DNA from: Octopus sinensis | Lineage: Eukaryota | Reading direction: 5' to 3' | Assembly (NCBI RefSeq): GCF_006345805.1 | Contig: NC_043003.1 | Location: 20,150,001-20,214,000 of the forward strand | DNA length: 64,000 nt | Shown here: positions 41,172 through 55,580 of the stretch, in pieces | How positions within the stretch are numbered: the stretch's first letter is position 1 | Layout: each line of letters opens with the position of its first letter | Position numbers and translations under genes: made by a program | The notes under the pieces: generated by a model | What the model was told of the DNA's origin: nothing | The model's input: the letters and a program-made list of their open reading frames with translations, nothing else | Databases searched by the model: none

Positions 41172-43125
41172 CACGCACACACAGCTGTATCGACCAGACT
41201 ATCAAATGCGGTTATACACCGCTGGTTACAATGCGCTGGAATATGTCCTCAACGCCACCATTCTGTCATTACGGTCCTTTATCCACTGCTTAGGGGGTAA
41301 AATCTCCCACTCCAGCACAGTGTCCTTCTCAGTTGCCATGCTTGCCAAAAGAAAGTTTCCAAAAAAAAAAAAAAGGTCCAACACAAAGTTAAAAAATGTT
41401 CAATAAAAACACAAAAAAGAACAGAAAGACAGAGTAGAGAAAAATAACGAAAGAAGACAGTTCAATTCACGGCAACACAATTCCGCCACTGCGGTAATCC
41501 ACAAGAATACATGTACTCCAGTTCACCTTCGCGGCACAAAGATTAATTCTTGCTGTCCTCGTACTCCTTGCCTGTGGTAAATCCAATGGAACTTCCAGGG
41601 CACGAACATAATCACACAAAGACAATTTTCACAAACCTTTTTTTTTTTTTGCGGAGGGAATACGCCTCCTCAAAAACACAATTCTCACTGCAAAGTGAGA
41701 CTTTTCGCACGACCGCAGGCAGGCAAATATCTGGAGCAGAGTGGTGACTGTTGCTCAACAAAAATTATTAATGACTGAAGAACAAAACTCCACTAAGCCC
41801 CCCTCCCCCAAAAATAACGCCCACCTGTAGTCGAGCTTCAAACGCCCAATATTTCCCGTCGAAAGACGTGACTTCCAAGTAGCAAGAACTCTCCTGTAGC
41901 AAGGCAAGCAAGCTACTTACCACATAGCCACTCCTGCGCCTATCGTCAACTTAACGTGGATATTTCGTTAGAATATAGAATACTGCGTTATTTACCTTGA
42001 GAGAAAATCTCATATTCATGCATGGTGCGTAACAGCACTCATATTTATATCGCTGACAGACGAGAACCGACTGCTATGGCCGCCAGAACTGCCAGATCAC
42101 ATGATTTCGCCCTGCTTGGACTCCATATTGGAGTTTATGATGTTATTTTATTACATAATTGCCAATTGTTTCAACAATTTCACGGAAATTATTCTCGCAT
42201 TGTCTCTGTTAATAATGAGCTAGTCTTGCATGCTTTATAATATACATTACACAGCTGTTCATGCAATTATTTCTTCAGAAGCTTTTTGATGAATATAATA
42301 CTAAGAAGTAACCGGTCATCTCGCATAAATACGAAGTGTTTAACAATGATCAGAATAGATGGCAATGAATCAAGAGTTAATCAAGAAAAAAAGAAGGAAA
42401 GAAAGAAAGGAAGGAAGGAAAGAAGGAAGGAAGGAAGGCAGAAAAGAGAAAAAGAAAATGGAAATAAAATCTGATGTAGAGAACGAACAAAAATTCAAAC
42501 TTTGAACTTGAGAAAATCTTGCATAGTTTTACTGTTCCGTTTAGGCATTGTATTTGTAATGTGTGTATTAGTTGGTTAACTTCGTTTTTTTTAAGACATT
42601 AAATTTTTCAGATGCATGTATGCATGCGTGCATCACTCTCTCTCTCTCTGTTACATGTATACACACACACACACACACGAATGGCGGCATCCAATTTGCC
42701 TGAGTTTTTTAAAATAAATTCAATCACATCAATCCACTTCATCTTTGGTTAGTGATAATCGCTTTAAAAAAATACCGATAGATTTCTGTTTCTTTTACAA
42801 ATGCTGATTCTGTGAAAATTGCTGCATGCAAGTATTTCAAAAGATTGATGCTGCTGAGCTTCTTAAAAATAAGCCCACAAACATATAAATAAATATTGAA
42901 CAAAGTCACATCATAAAGCAGCCTCTGATCTTTTCTTTTAAAAAGATGTGTCACGATGCGAATAAAGCTGAAGTACCTAAGTGCAAAACAGTGGCCTACA
43001 ACTTGGGGCATACATACTTTTTGGTGATATACATGCATAAATACATAATACCTACATATATACATACATACGCACGCAAACGCACACACATACATACATA
43101 CATATATATGCATATACATACATGT

Positions 43126-43186
<61 letters not shown>

Positions 43187-43265
43187 TCCCGGGTTGAGTC
43201 GGGGTTAACCACAGTAAATAAGGTACTCATACATAGCAGAGTAAATAATTTATTTTATAGAAGGA

Positions 43266-43313
43266 GCTTCTACAGGACTAGAACTGTTTCATTCAAAAAA
43301 ATCATCAGGAAGC
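43266..43313 (-). ncRNA. Type-I hammerhead motif with weak stem II near the inferred PLE 3' end
   Basis: Minus strand: gcttc-CTGATGA-tttttttgaat-GAAA-cag ttctagtc ctg-TA-gaagc. Confidence 0.6.
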
Positions 43314-44270
43314 AAGTAGACCAAGAGTTTGTTGGCATTTATACATTTAGGCAGGTTTAAATGGGTGGTGGTGGGGGACTTTTTTGGGGGTAGGCATGGC
43401 GCAAAACTGTCATTATTAGGGGAGTGGTCAAAGGAATCGGTGGTAAAGTAGATAAAAGAATAAATAAAAGAATAAAAGATAAAATAAAAATAAAAATAAA
43501 AAAACAAAAAAATATAAATAGAAAAGTTTTAGGTAAGTGGGGAGACTCTCACTTGTACATCTACATATATATATACATACACATATACACACCCGCCTAT
43601 TCACATATATCTATACATATACATACATACCCACATATACATACATATATATATATACATACATACGTACACATACACATACATATATATATATATATAT
43701 ACATATATCTACACATACTCATGTACGTACACACAGATACACAAACACATACACATACATACACATATGTATACCCACTCGCACATATATATACAAATAC
43801 ATATACATGCACGCACATACACACACATTTTTATTCTCTTATTTTAAGTTTATTAACTACTTTTGTTTATATCTTTATTTTTATCTTCACCGGTCAAACT
43901 TGTCCCAAGGGATCTCTAAAGATTCTGTTTTTCTATCTACTTACTGATACGAACGCAAGCACTTACTCACGCCCACACATTCACACGTACACTCACGCAC
44001 AAGTTATATTCATACACGCCTACATCTACATACATTCACGTATATTCACATACACGCATACACATACATACCTCAACACACCCACAGAAGACTAGTCCAT
44101 ATATATACACTAATTAATATATATACACATATACATGTACACATACATACACATACATACATATACATACACATATACACATATATATACATATATATAT
44201 ACACATATACATTCATATACATATACATACACATATACACTCATACATATATACACATGCACACATATGC

Positions 44271-44305
<35 letters not shown>

Positions 44306-44673
44306 ATAATATATATATATATATATCACCGGAAGCTTATGAAATATATATATATATATATATATCTACACATACATACATACATACATGCGTACACATA
44401 CACACACACACACGCGCGCACACAAGCGTACACATATATATACATATATATACACATACATACATACATATACATATACATATCTATACATATATATATA
44501 CGCATATATATACATATACATACACACATACATACACATACACATATATACACATCCATATACATACACATCCATATATACGCATATATATACATATACA
44601 TACACATATACATACACATACACATATATACACATCCATATACACATACACACATACACATATACACACACAT

Positions 44674-44727
<54 letters not shown>

Positions 44728-45188
44728 TTACACACACATTTTTACACACATTATATATATATATACACACATACACATACACACACATACACATATATAT
44801 ACATATATACATATACATATATATACATACATATGTGCACATATACACATACATATTATACATATATACCTACACACACACACAAGCACATACATGCATA
44901 ATGTATACATATGTTTATACAAATGCATACATACACACACCACTCTCACGCGCCTCCTTATATACATAAAAACATACATGCATACAAACGCATACTCATG
45001 TAATAAATAATGATAATAATAAATAGATATATTACACATGCAGTTACCCTTTGTACAGACGGAAACATACATATAAACATACACGTATATACCTATCTAC
45101 ACATATGTATATAACATACATGCATGCACATACACATAACTCTACATACTTACAAATACATAAACACACGAGCGTACACACACACCAC

Positions 45189-45242
<54 letters not shown>

Positions 45243-45483
45243 TACATATATACATATATATATATATAATGTGAAATAGAAAGATGAATAATCTTGTAGT
45301 AGATTAATCAAAAGTTTAACCGATACCTTAGTAGCAAAAATCACAGCAGTAAACAGCACGGTTGGAGGTACAACCATCTGGCGTTGCAACCGTGCGTTGG
45401 TGCGGATAATTGAAATTAAAACATTATTGGTGAATTGAAGAAATGGAGCTGAACGCAGATTGAACAGAAATCGTTTTCTTTCA

Positions 45484-45566
45484 TTCTACCGTGTTTCGAA
45501 AGGCACAAATTACCAAATCCGATTGAATAATGGGACCATATTGTGTCTTTCTCTCTTCAGGAAGAA
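45484..45566 (-). ncRNA. Type-I hammerhead motif with long stem II, in a nested cassette (45270-45640)
   Basis: Minus strand: ttc-CTGAAGA-ga-gaaagacacaa..ttgtgcctttc-GAAA-cacgg-TA-gaa. Stem I is short. Confidence 0.55.
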
Positions 45567-46292
45567 AAGGAAATCCGTTGGAAAAACAAAACAGAAACAG
45601 AGGCGGAGCAAAAAACAATCGAATTATGCTCCTAAGAGCCCATACATATATACATATATATATATATATACACATACATATATACACACACACACATATA
45701 CACATACATACACATACATACACACACACATACACATACATACATACATATACATACATACATACACACACACACATACACATACATACACATATATATA
45801 CATATATATATACACATATATATATATCTACATATACACTACACATATATATATATACACACACATACACATACACATACACACACAACACATATACACA
45901 TATATATATGTGTGTGTATATATACATACACATATACACACATATATACACTCAAGCGCATACATGCATAAATGTATACATATGTTTATACAAATGCATA
46001 CATATACACACACTCACGCGCCTCCTTATATACATAAATACATACATGCATACAAACGCATACTCATGTAATAAATAATGAATAATAAATAATAGATATA
46101 TATACACATACAGTTACCCTTTGCACAGACGGAAACATACATATAGGTATACACGTATATACCCATCTACACATATGTATATATACATACATACACATAC
46201 ACACAACTCTACATACTTACATATACATAACACACGAGCATAACACAATATATATATATACATATATATATAATATATATATATATATATAC

Positions 46293-46332
<40 letters not shown>

Positions 46333-46686
46333 CATACACATACACATACATACATATATACACATATATACATACACATACATACATACACACACATACA
46401 CATACATACACATATATATACATATACATATACATATATATATATACATATATATACATACACACATATATACATATACATATATATATATATATAAACA
46501 TATAAAATATAAAAATCCACACACATACGCACATACCCGTGTACATACATATACACATACATATACATATACACGCACTCACATACATGCGTATATTCCT
46601 ACTAACACCTATTCATTTCTATACATATATACATTACATATATACAGGTGTACATATACAATCTGTGATTAGTCTTAGGAGGAAAG

Positions 46687-48407
46687 TTAATCGGGGGTGC
46701 TGGGGAACGGTGGGGTTGGGGGGTTTTTGTGGGGTGGGGTGTCGTCAATCGGTTGCCGGGTGGGTCTATAGTTCTTGTAGTTTGCATAAATTTTATGCAT
46801 GCAATTTTGGGAGTGTTCTGAGATCTTGTTGAGGAGATGGCCTTTGGCGAACAAGATCTCGAGGCTCTCGGAAATGCAAAGGTCACAGCAGGTATGGCCT
46901 CCTGTGTACGAACGCGCCTTCTGTAGTAGTCTCCACTTGGTCTTGAAGGGGATGGAGTTCCTTTTAAGGTACCAGATGTGGGCGGCGAGGGTAGTTTGGT
47001 TGGATTTATCCGGTCGCCGGAACGAGTGTGTGTGGGCGTACCAGCGGGTCTTGAAGCTGTTTGACGTCATTCGGATGTACGATTTTCTTTTATCATCGGG
47101 GCCTGATCTTACCTCGCATGTATATACGAGGTCCCTCTGTAGGCAGTTGTTATTGAGGGGGCAGGTGGTTTTATCAGGGCAGTTGCAATTGCTATCGGAT
47201 GTTGGATGGGCCTCGGAAAGAGTAGATATATTAAGTTTTTTCACGTTGTTGTTGGCTAGGTTCCTGGCTAGATTGGGCGTGGTAGAGTAGGAGAGTCTAA
47301 TGGTATTCTTATTTAGGATAGTATAGTACTTATGTTGGGTGGGGAAGTGTTTCTGTAGGAGAGTGAAGAAGATTTTAGCTACAGGTGTAGCGACCTCACG
47401 GTTGAAGGGGGGGGGTTGTACCAGCTAATGTGTCTTCGCCTATTTTTCCTGGGTTGGCGTGGGGCTATACTAGTATAGGTGATCTTATCTTTAAAGCCAC
47501 TGCGGGCCAGGGCCTCGTTGTAATAGGGGGCTGCGGCGTTAAAGATATCTTCAGTAGCGGACAGGCTAGATATTCTAATTGAGACACTTTTTACTAGGTT
47601 GTCTAATATATTTTTGGGGTGGTTGGAATTAATATCTATATATCTAAGGGATTCATTTGGTTTGTGGTACGGGTAATAAAGTGAGGTTTTTAAGTCGAGG
47701 GTAACGTCAAGGAAGTTAGCTTTGGTTAAGTTGGATTCTAAGGTAATCCTAAGGCCTAAGTTTTTAAAAAAAGTGTAAAGATTTTTCCGGAACCCATCCG
47801 TGGTCCTGGGGTTTATTTGCGGAGGGCAAAAAGGCCATCATCGCGGTAAGACCACCGGAGAGGCCTGTGAATAGGGTCTTCAGCTTATGGAGGATGAAAA
47901 GGCCCACAAGGTCACTTATTTCAGCCGAGTCGCTAGCACCCATGCTGACGTCGAAGGGGGTCACAGATTTTTTGTTGATCCAGTGGGATCCGTCGTGGAA
48001 AAGAAAAGTCTTACGTGCGTGGAGGATCACATCTTGCTCGGCCTCGGTGATGGTGGAGGACCTCCTAGCGAAGTTAATCGCGTCGATCAGCAAGTTCTCC
48101 GATATGGAGGCGTAGTAGTCTTCGATATCTAATTGTAGGAATCGGGTGTTGCTTTTGTCAGGTAAATCCCGGAACCAGGTTATTGCCTCGGAGGTCCTAT
48201 TCCAGAGTGGAAGAAGCGAAGCTTCACGCATTTTTGGTAAAATCCTGTCCAGGATCTTCTTGCTGACGGATCCGATGTCAGACTTGGTCGGGTTAATTAG
48301 TCGGACCGACGGTTTATTTTCGAAATTGTCCTTGTGGTCTTTCAGGGTGAAGTGTGGGGACTTCACCCTCAGGGGTTCAGTTCGGTCATCGATTTTAAGG
48401 GAGGTGG

Positions 48408-48410
<3 letters not shown>
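46687..48410 (-). pseudogene. PLE reverse transcriptase plus GIY-YIG endonuclease ORF, 5'-truncated and frameshifted
   Basis: FTLKDHKDNF..RLINPTKSDIG; FLQLDIEDYYASI; FDVSMGASDSAE; YRDDG (47834-47848, after a 1-nt frameshift); NFLDVTLDL..YHKPN..NSNHP; ISWYNPP.FN; CNC..CPLNNNC linker; LVYTCEV..SYIRMTSNSFKTRWYAH..CDLCISE..LLN. Possibly Nematis-like (inference). Confidence 0.93.
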
Positions 48411-48440
<30 letters not shown>

Positions 48441-48441
<1 letters not shown>

Positions 48442-48712
48442 GTGAATGTCAAACGATGAAATGAGTGCGCAACACCGCATTGGTGGATAAATAATTTCTT
48501 TATTTGTGAATTAAGGCTATCAGTGGTTTCATGTTGAGAAAAGTAGGGAAATATCTTTGTGTCATAACAATTTTTCAAGCCTATCACAAGGAAATAAACG
48601 GTCTCCAAGATAGAAACAAACAACTTTCTCCATGCAATCGGCTTGAAAATTGTTAAGACTTTAGGATATTTTCCTACTTTTCTTAACATGGTAGCTTTAA
48701 TTCACAAATAAT
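48441..48712. mobile_element. (TA)n-flanked inverted-repeat cassette (48501-48581 / 48640-48710) carrying a U3:A8 hammerhead-like motif (48514-48582, minus)
   Basis: Minus strand of the left arm: aggc-TTGAAAA-attgtt..aacat-GAAA-ccactga-TA-gcct. The right arm has lost the GAAA/stem III segment. Confidence 0.65.
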
Positions 48713-48715
48713 ATA

Positions 48716-48793
<78 letters not shown>

Positions 48794-49467
48794 ACATGTA
48801 TGTATATATCTACATAGGCACACACACACACACACACAAAAAATATTTTCATTATGGAATAAGGCCAGCAATTCGATTACATTCACCCAAGAAATTAAGT
48901 GGTATTATATTTTATTGATCTGGACAGGATGAAAGGCACTGCGAACTTCGGTGATATTTGAACTCGAACCAGAAAAAATACCACTAATCATTTTATCCGT
49001 CTTGTTAACGATTCTGCTAGCTCGTCACCTTCATACATACACACACACACAGACACAACACACACACACACACACACACACACAATGATACAAACACGCA
49101 CGTACACAATTATACACACACATACACACTGACATATATACTTATAACTTATGTCGACTAGTGCAATCAAGACTACAACTCAAGGCATTTATATAAGAGA
49201 ATATAAATGTAAGTTAAATGCCGGTATATAGAAAGTCTTTGAGAGGAAAGCGGTTGAATCTCAGGGAATTAACTTCACCAGCCTGAATTACAACAGATGA
49301 AAAGATTGCACTGATTAAAATTAATAACTACACTCGTGCGAAAAGAAGTTGCAGTGCGCCATGCCGTATTTCGTTATATAGTTTGAAATGTGACAGAATT
49401 TACATCTCACACACGTATGCGCACACAGACATACGCACGCACGCACACACACACACACACACACACA

Positions 49468-49520
<53 letters not shown>

Positions 49521-49722
49521 TCTTCATTGTCCATAGTTGTGCATTCTTCTTCTTCTTCTTCTCTTCGTCTAACTTTACGTTCTGAGTTGAAATTCCGTCA
49601 AGGTTGACTTTCCCTTTTGTCCTTTCGGAGTCAATAAAATAAGTATCAGTTGATCATTGGGGTTGATGTAATCGACTTACCCCTCCCTCCGAAATAACTG
49701 GTCTTGTGCCAAAATTTGAAAC

Positions 49723-49782
<60 letters not shown>

Positions 49783-49783
49783 T

Positions 49784-49996
49784 TTGGCGGTGTGCTGACA
49801 GAATCGTTACCACGCCGGGCGAAATGCTTAGCGCTATTTCGTCTGCCGTTACGTTCTCAGTTCGAATTCCTCCGAGGTCGACCTTGAGTTTTATACTTTC
49901 GAGGTAGATAAATCAACTACCATTTGATAGCTGGGGTCGATGTAATCGACTATCCTCTTCCTCCAAATTTCAGGCCTTGTGCCTTTTGTAGAAAGG
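49784..49996 (+). mobile_element. SINE family B monomer in (ATT)n
   Basis: Matches family B. Confidence 0.8.
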
Positions 49997-50038
<42 letters not shown>

Positions 50039-50595
50039 GAGTGAGAGAGCAGTTCATGCCATCAAAGTGACACTGGGGTAAAATATACGAAGCCCAATAT
50101 ACCCATCATGACTACCCGTCTGATAAAGGTACACCAGGCACATGCATCACAACCATATGTGCGCGACATGGTGATCTCATATCAAGATAAACAGCACATG
50201 ACCTTGCAGGTGGGGCCAGTTAGAATTTTCTTCAGGTTGAGTAGCCCATCCCGCTCAAACGGTCCCTGAATAAGGGTTGCTTAAGGATGTTGAAAGAACC
50301 ACCCATGTTTCCAGAGGTGAACTATTGAAACCCCAAAGAATCCCTCTCAACACATGGCTATGATGCTCCCCCACTACCTCTGCTCGTGATCAGAGATGCA
50401 CATATCGTCAGCCACTAAGGGACATGCTCAACTGGTTAAGGTCAAACAACTGACAAGCAAATCTGTGGTATTGAGCAGAATATTTGCTGTAGCCCATCTT
50501 TTATACCAAGACAAAACAATGTACATGATAACACTTCCAATCAGTTAAGATCAGAAGCCATGAGAGCCACTGCCTGGTACTGCATCAGGGCATTT
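50039..50595. mobile_element. ~555-bp unique insert flanked on both sides by (ATT)n; unclassified
   Basis: Sharp boundaries within (ATT)n, higher GC than the flanks, no long ORF. Its terminal 17 bp (tactgcatcag.gcattt) are repeated at ~50661. Confidence 0.5.
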
Positions 50596-51557
50596 ATTAT
50601 TATTATTTATTATTATTATTATTATTATTGTTATTAATATTATTATATTATTATTAGTATTACTGCATCAGAGCATTTATCATTATTATTATTATTATTA
50701 GTTCGTGATTAGGTAGAGGAATGACTACATGGCGAAGAAGCACATTTTGAAACCAAGTGGTTTCGTGTTCTGTTTAATGTTGCGATAGTTTGGATAATAC
50801 TCGAACCAATACAGCCTAGTACTTGTGTTGCGCAACTAGAGCAAACAGGAGGTCTTAGAAACTTATTTGTGAGTCCTGATGTATTTTTGCTCGTTTTTGT
50901 CGTCGTTGCTGATATTCTTGGTGCCGCTGTCGCTGTCATCAGAGACGTGTTCCTTCAATGCATATGTTGATGATGATAATGATGATGATGATGATTATGA
51001 CAACGGCGACAGCGATGGTGGTGACGAAGACGATGTTTTTAATGAAATGACGATTTCCATGGAAGATAACAACAACAAAAGTGACAAAAAAAAACCCAAA
51101 TAAATAATCGAAATGAAAATGGAATATCTAGAATTTTTGAAACAATTTTCTAAGAACACGTATTACAAAATACAACAAAAAAATTAATTAAAAAAACCCA
51201 GAAAAGAAGATAGTATAAAAGAACGGAGGAATATAATGAAATTCAATCGAGCCAAATAGAATGGAATGAAAGAGAATGGAAAAGAAAAGAATGGAATTAT
51301 TAAAATATTTAGTTCTGTACATGTTTTCTTGCAAATGGCTTCCGTTAGTATTTTTATATTTCTTTTACGTGTCAATTTGAAAACGAGTTTATTAGATAAA
51401 TGGATTTGAGATCTTACATAAACATCAATACAACGTTACGTATGGACAGATACGAAGACACGCGCCAACACATATTACATTTGTTGATATATATACGCAT
51501 ATCTTATGTGTGTGTTTATCTCCCACTCTTTCTCTCTGCTTCTGTCTGTATGTCTGT

Positions 51558-51599
<42 letters not shown>

Positions 51600-51670
51600 T
51601 ATATATATATATACATGCATATACTTTTATATATATATAGGTATCTCCATGCATATAAGCATATCAATCC

Positions 51671-51771
<101 letters not shown>

Positions 51772-52125
51772 TCTTTTACTATTTTACTTGTTTCAGTCAT
51801 TTGACTGCGGCCATGCTGTAGCACCGCCTTTAGTCGAGCAACTCGACCCCGGGACTTATTCTTTTTGTAAGCCTAGTACTTATTCTATCGGTCTCTTTTT
51901 GCTGAGAGAGATAATACATATATATATATATATATATAATATATATATATAGATATATATATATATATATATATATATATGCTAAATCCTGGTATATATA
52001 TATGTATGTATGAATGTGTGAGTGCGTGTGGGGCGAATGTATGCATGCATCTATGTATATATATATTTATATATGTGTGGGGTGGTATAAATATATCACA
52101 CACACACACACACACACACACACAC

Positions 52126-52183
<58 letters not shown>

Positions 52184-52218
52184 TGCTTATCTATCTATCT
52201 ATCTATCTATCTACCTAA

Positions 52219-52257
<39 letters not shown>

Positions 52258-52307
52258 CTATATATATATGTATACACACATTCACACACATATACATACA
52301 TACATAC

Positions 52308-52385
<78 letters not shown>

Positions 52386-53672
52386 GAATACACACATACA
52401 CACACACATGCATATACATATATGCTTTGATGCTGATTAGAAGAGACTTCTCTTTGAAACCTGGTGTGTTAAATAGCTGTCTATGTTCTTGTTTGATCTT
52501 TTATTGAAGATTTTTCATATTTAATTAATGGTCTTTAACATCCACTTTGATACATTAGCGTTCCAGTGGCTATTACTCCGTTAACATTTGGAAGTTACCT
52601 TAAGTTCCTCCTCAGAAAGAAATGGTGGCAAAATGGCGTATTTTCGTGTACTTTGCCTTGAGTCCTCAAGGATCATGTGAGGGTTGGTGATCATTCTTTT
52701 TTGTGCTTTTCCCCTTTGTTATCGAATGCTGTGTGAGCATGCATTTACAGGAGGGTGCTATCGCAACAGGCCACACTGCTGTATATTTTGTTCCGTGTTT
52801 TTTTTTTTAATCATTGAACTGCGGGCACGTTGGGATACCGCTTTGAAAGTTGTAGTCGAACAAATTGACCCCAGTACTTATTTTTTAAGTCTGGTACGTG
52901 TTCCATTTGCCTCTCTTGCCGAGTCGATAATTTACTGGGATGTAACCAAATCAACACCGGTTATCCAGTGATGGTTGGAGCTGAAGACAAACACACACAC
53001 ACACACACACATCTACACCCACAACTAAGCACACACACATACATACACCCAAGTATATATATACCAGGGTTTTCAACACAGTTTCCGTCTACCAATTGGC
53101 TCACAAGACATTTTTTGTTGATTCGGCGCTATACTAGAAGGCAATTGAACAAGATACCGTGCAGTAGCAATGGACCCGAAACTGCAAAGGGAATTTCTTA
53201 ACCACTCATGTCTGCTCCTACAGATAACAAAAAGTAAATAAATAAACAAAGAAGATGGATAAAATTTGGTTCCACAAAAAAAATGGGAAGAACATTTATG
53301 GAGGCTGTGGTCATCGTCAAACATTAACCAAAAACTAACAGGCAGAAATAGATACAACACTAACGAAAATAATACTAAAACTACCGGACAACCGATGCAT
53401 AAATTCTAAATAGGGTGTTGGAGACAAACATCTTCTGCACACCCATAACCATTTGCGGTATAACTCAAAGGGTGCGAAAATATGCTACTTTCAGCTTGAG
53501 AGCGAAGTTGAGATGCTTCCAAAACGATAGTTGATTGATGGATTTAGGAAAGCTATTCTTCCTAACTGAAAATAAAGGACTAATGATTCATAATGAAATA
53601 CTAAAATGCCTTAATAAAATTGAACAAAATAGAACATAGTCAAATATTCAGTACAAGATGTACGTATATATA

Positions 53673-54225
53673 CAGGGTCAGGCAAAATGATCTGACACAT
53701 TTGTAGGTTAAATAAAAGGCAAATGAAGTAAAGAAACAAAAAAGTGTTTATATTTTTGAAAAGTACATATAATGCCATTTTGTTTCATTATGTTTTAAAA
53801 ATTAAATCAGTCAAATGGGATCCATTATTGTCCACACAATGTCGAAGGCGTTCACGAAAGTTGTCAATAACTCGGCGGGTCATTTCATGTGGAATGGCAG
53901 TAATTTCTTGACGAATTGCATCTTTAAGTTCTGGCGGTGCGAGGTCGGCCGGTTGATTTTCGTTTCAATGCAGATCAGTAGCTCTGAAGTTGGTAACCAT
54001 AACAAGATCGTGTTTCGAGCTGGTACGGGATCATGTCTACCAAGATTGAAGTGCAAACGGAACGCTCTTTGTGTTGCAGTTACAAAATCGTTTGTTTTGA
54101 TAAACGTTTCCACAATGAAAGCGTGATGCTCACCAGTCCAATTCATGGCAGCATCTGAAAAAGAAACGAAAAACAATGCCTTTTATTTAACCTACAAATG
54201 TGTCAAATCATTTTGCCTGACCCTG
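53673..54225 (-). mobile_element. Internally deleted Tc1/mariner-superfamily element (553 bp), ~50-bp TIRs, TA TSD
   Basis: TA|cagggtcaggcaaaatgatctgacacatttgtaggttaaataaaaggca .. tgccttttatttaacctacaaatgtgtcaaatcattttgcctgaccctg|TA. Retains the N-terminal HTH MNWTGEHHAFIVETFIKTNDFVTATQRAFRLHF and the C-terminus ELKDAIRQEITAIPHEMTRRVIDNFRERLRHCVDNNGSHLTDLIFKT*. Confidence 0.92.
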
Positions 54226-54269
54226 TATATATATATGTGTGTGTGTTGTGTGTGTGTGTATTATATATG

Positions 54270-54318
<49 letters not shown>

Positions 54319-54361
54319 TATATATATGTGTGTGTGTATATTATATATGTGTATATATATA

Positions 54362-54395
<34 letters not shown>

Positions 54396-54810
54396 GATAT
54401 ATATATATATATATATTACATACGCACATATATGTATGTGTGTATATATACATATCTATTTGTCCATCTATATGCTATGATTACCCTGTTCCTTTGCTTC
54501 AAAATACTCATCCACATTCCCTTGTTCTGTTTGTGCATGTGTGAGTATGTGGTTGCGTATCTGGAAAGATATGTGTGCATAGGCATCTATATATATAATC
54601 ATATGGGTGTGCGTGTTTGTGTATGTGCATATATATATATATATATGAATATTGACTCAGAAGGCGTTTGTCGATTCGGAGCTATACTAGAAGACAGTTG
54701 AACAAGATACCGCGCAGTAACAGTGAACCCAAAACAAACAAAACAATATATTATACATACATACATATGCGTGTGTGTGTGTGTTTATATATGTGTGTGT
54801 GTGTGTGTGT

Positions 54811-55061
54811 GTGGAGGCGCGTAGCTTAGTGGTTAGGGTGTCAGCATCATGATCGTAAGATTGTGGTTTCGATTCCTGGAACGGGCAACGCGTTGTGTTC
54901 TTGAGCAAAAAATTTCATTTCACGTTGCTCTAGTCCACTCAGCTGATAAAAATGAGTAACGCTGCGACGGACTGTCGTCCCGGCCAGCTGGGGAACACAT
55001 ACGCCATTGAAACCGGGAAACTGGGCCCATGAGCCTGACTAGGCTTTAAAAGGGCGCATTT
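54811..55061 (+). mobile_element. tRNA-derived SINE (family C subtype)
   Basis: TAGCTTAGTGG / GTTTCGATTCC boxes; a second copy lies at 59792-60035 (minus). Confidence 0.85.
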
Positions 55062-55235
55062 ATTTTATTATATATATATATATATAAGTAAAAGCAATTA
55101 AGATTCAAGTGAGTTCTGTTGAATTCACATGAATGCGGTACTTAACTTAGATGCACCAGAAATCTATATGGTATTAACCATAAGATAATGCGGGGTGATT
55201 ATAAACAAGAAAAAAGCAACAAAAATGGATCAATA

Positions 55236-55325
55236 TTTCAGTACAATTGTTTCATACGAGGACCAGCTTTATTAAGGCTGCAAATATTGCAGCAAATGCA
55301 AGTGACCTGTACTCATCAGCCGAAA
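55236..55325 (-). ncRNA. Second copy of the same hammerhead on the opposite strand
   Basis: Minus strand: tttcgg-CTGATGA-gtaca..cgtat-GAAA-caattg-TA-ctgaaa. Confidence 0.8.
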
Positions 55326-55490
55326 AAACATTTGAGTTCACCAAACATCTGAGGGGGTGAGGCTACACTCCTGAAACATCAGGGATAGTTCTATAAAAAT
55401 CAGATTTAGATAATAGACGGACTTCCAAAGTTCTCTAATGTTGCACAGTCATATAACAGGTCTTAAAAAAGTAATTTAAAAAACCTGTTT

Positions 55491-55580
55491 TTTCGGCTGA
55501 TGAGTACGGGTCACTTGCATTTGCTGCAACATTTGCAGCCTTAATAAAGCTGGTCCTCGTATGAAACAATTGTACCGAAA
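55491..55580 (+). ncRNA. Canonical type-I hammerhead ribozyme; predicted cleavage after 55574
   Basis: tttcgg-CTGATGA-gtacg..(branched stem II containing gctgcaa cat ttgcagc)..cgtat-GAAA-caattg-TA-ccgaaa. Stem III is palindromic. Confidence 0.85.

Larger units (their letters stand above)
43185..48410 (-). mobile_element. 5'-truncated Penelope-like retroelement (C-terminal EN) inserted in (TA)n; extent of the 3' region inferred
   Basis: RT-EN coding region at 48410-46687 with (TA)n at both ends. A hammerhead lies near the distal end (43266) in the same orientation. Joining 43185-46686 to the ORF is an inference. Confidence 0.7.

Noticed and set aside
46799-48445. Plus-strand ORFs at 46799, 47867, 47887 and 48146
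   Set aside because: Antisense shadows of the PLE RT-EN ORF.
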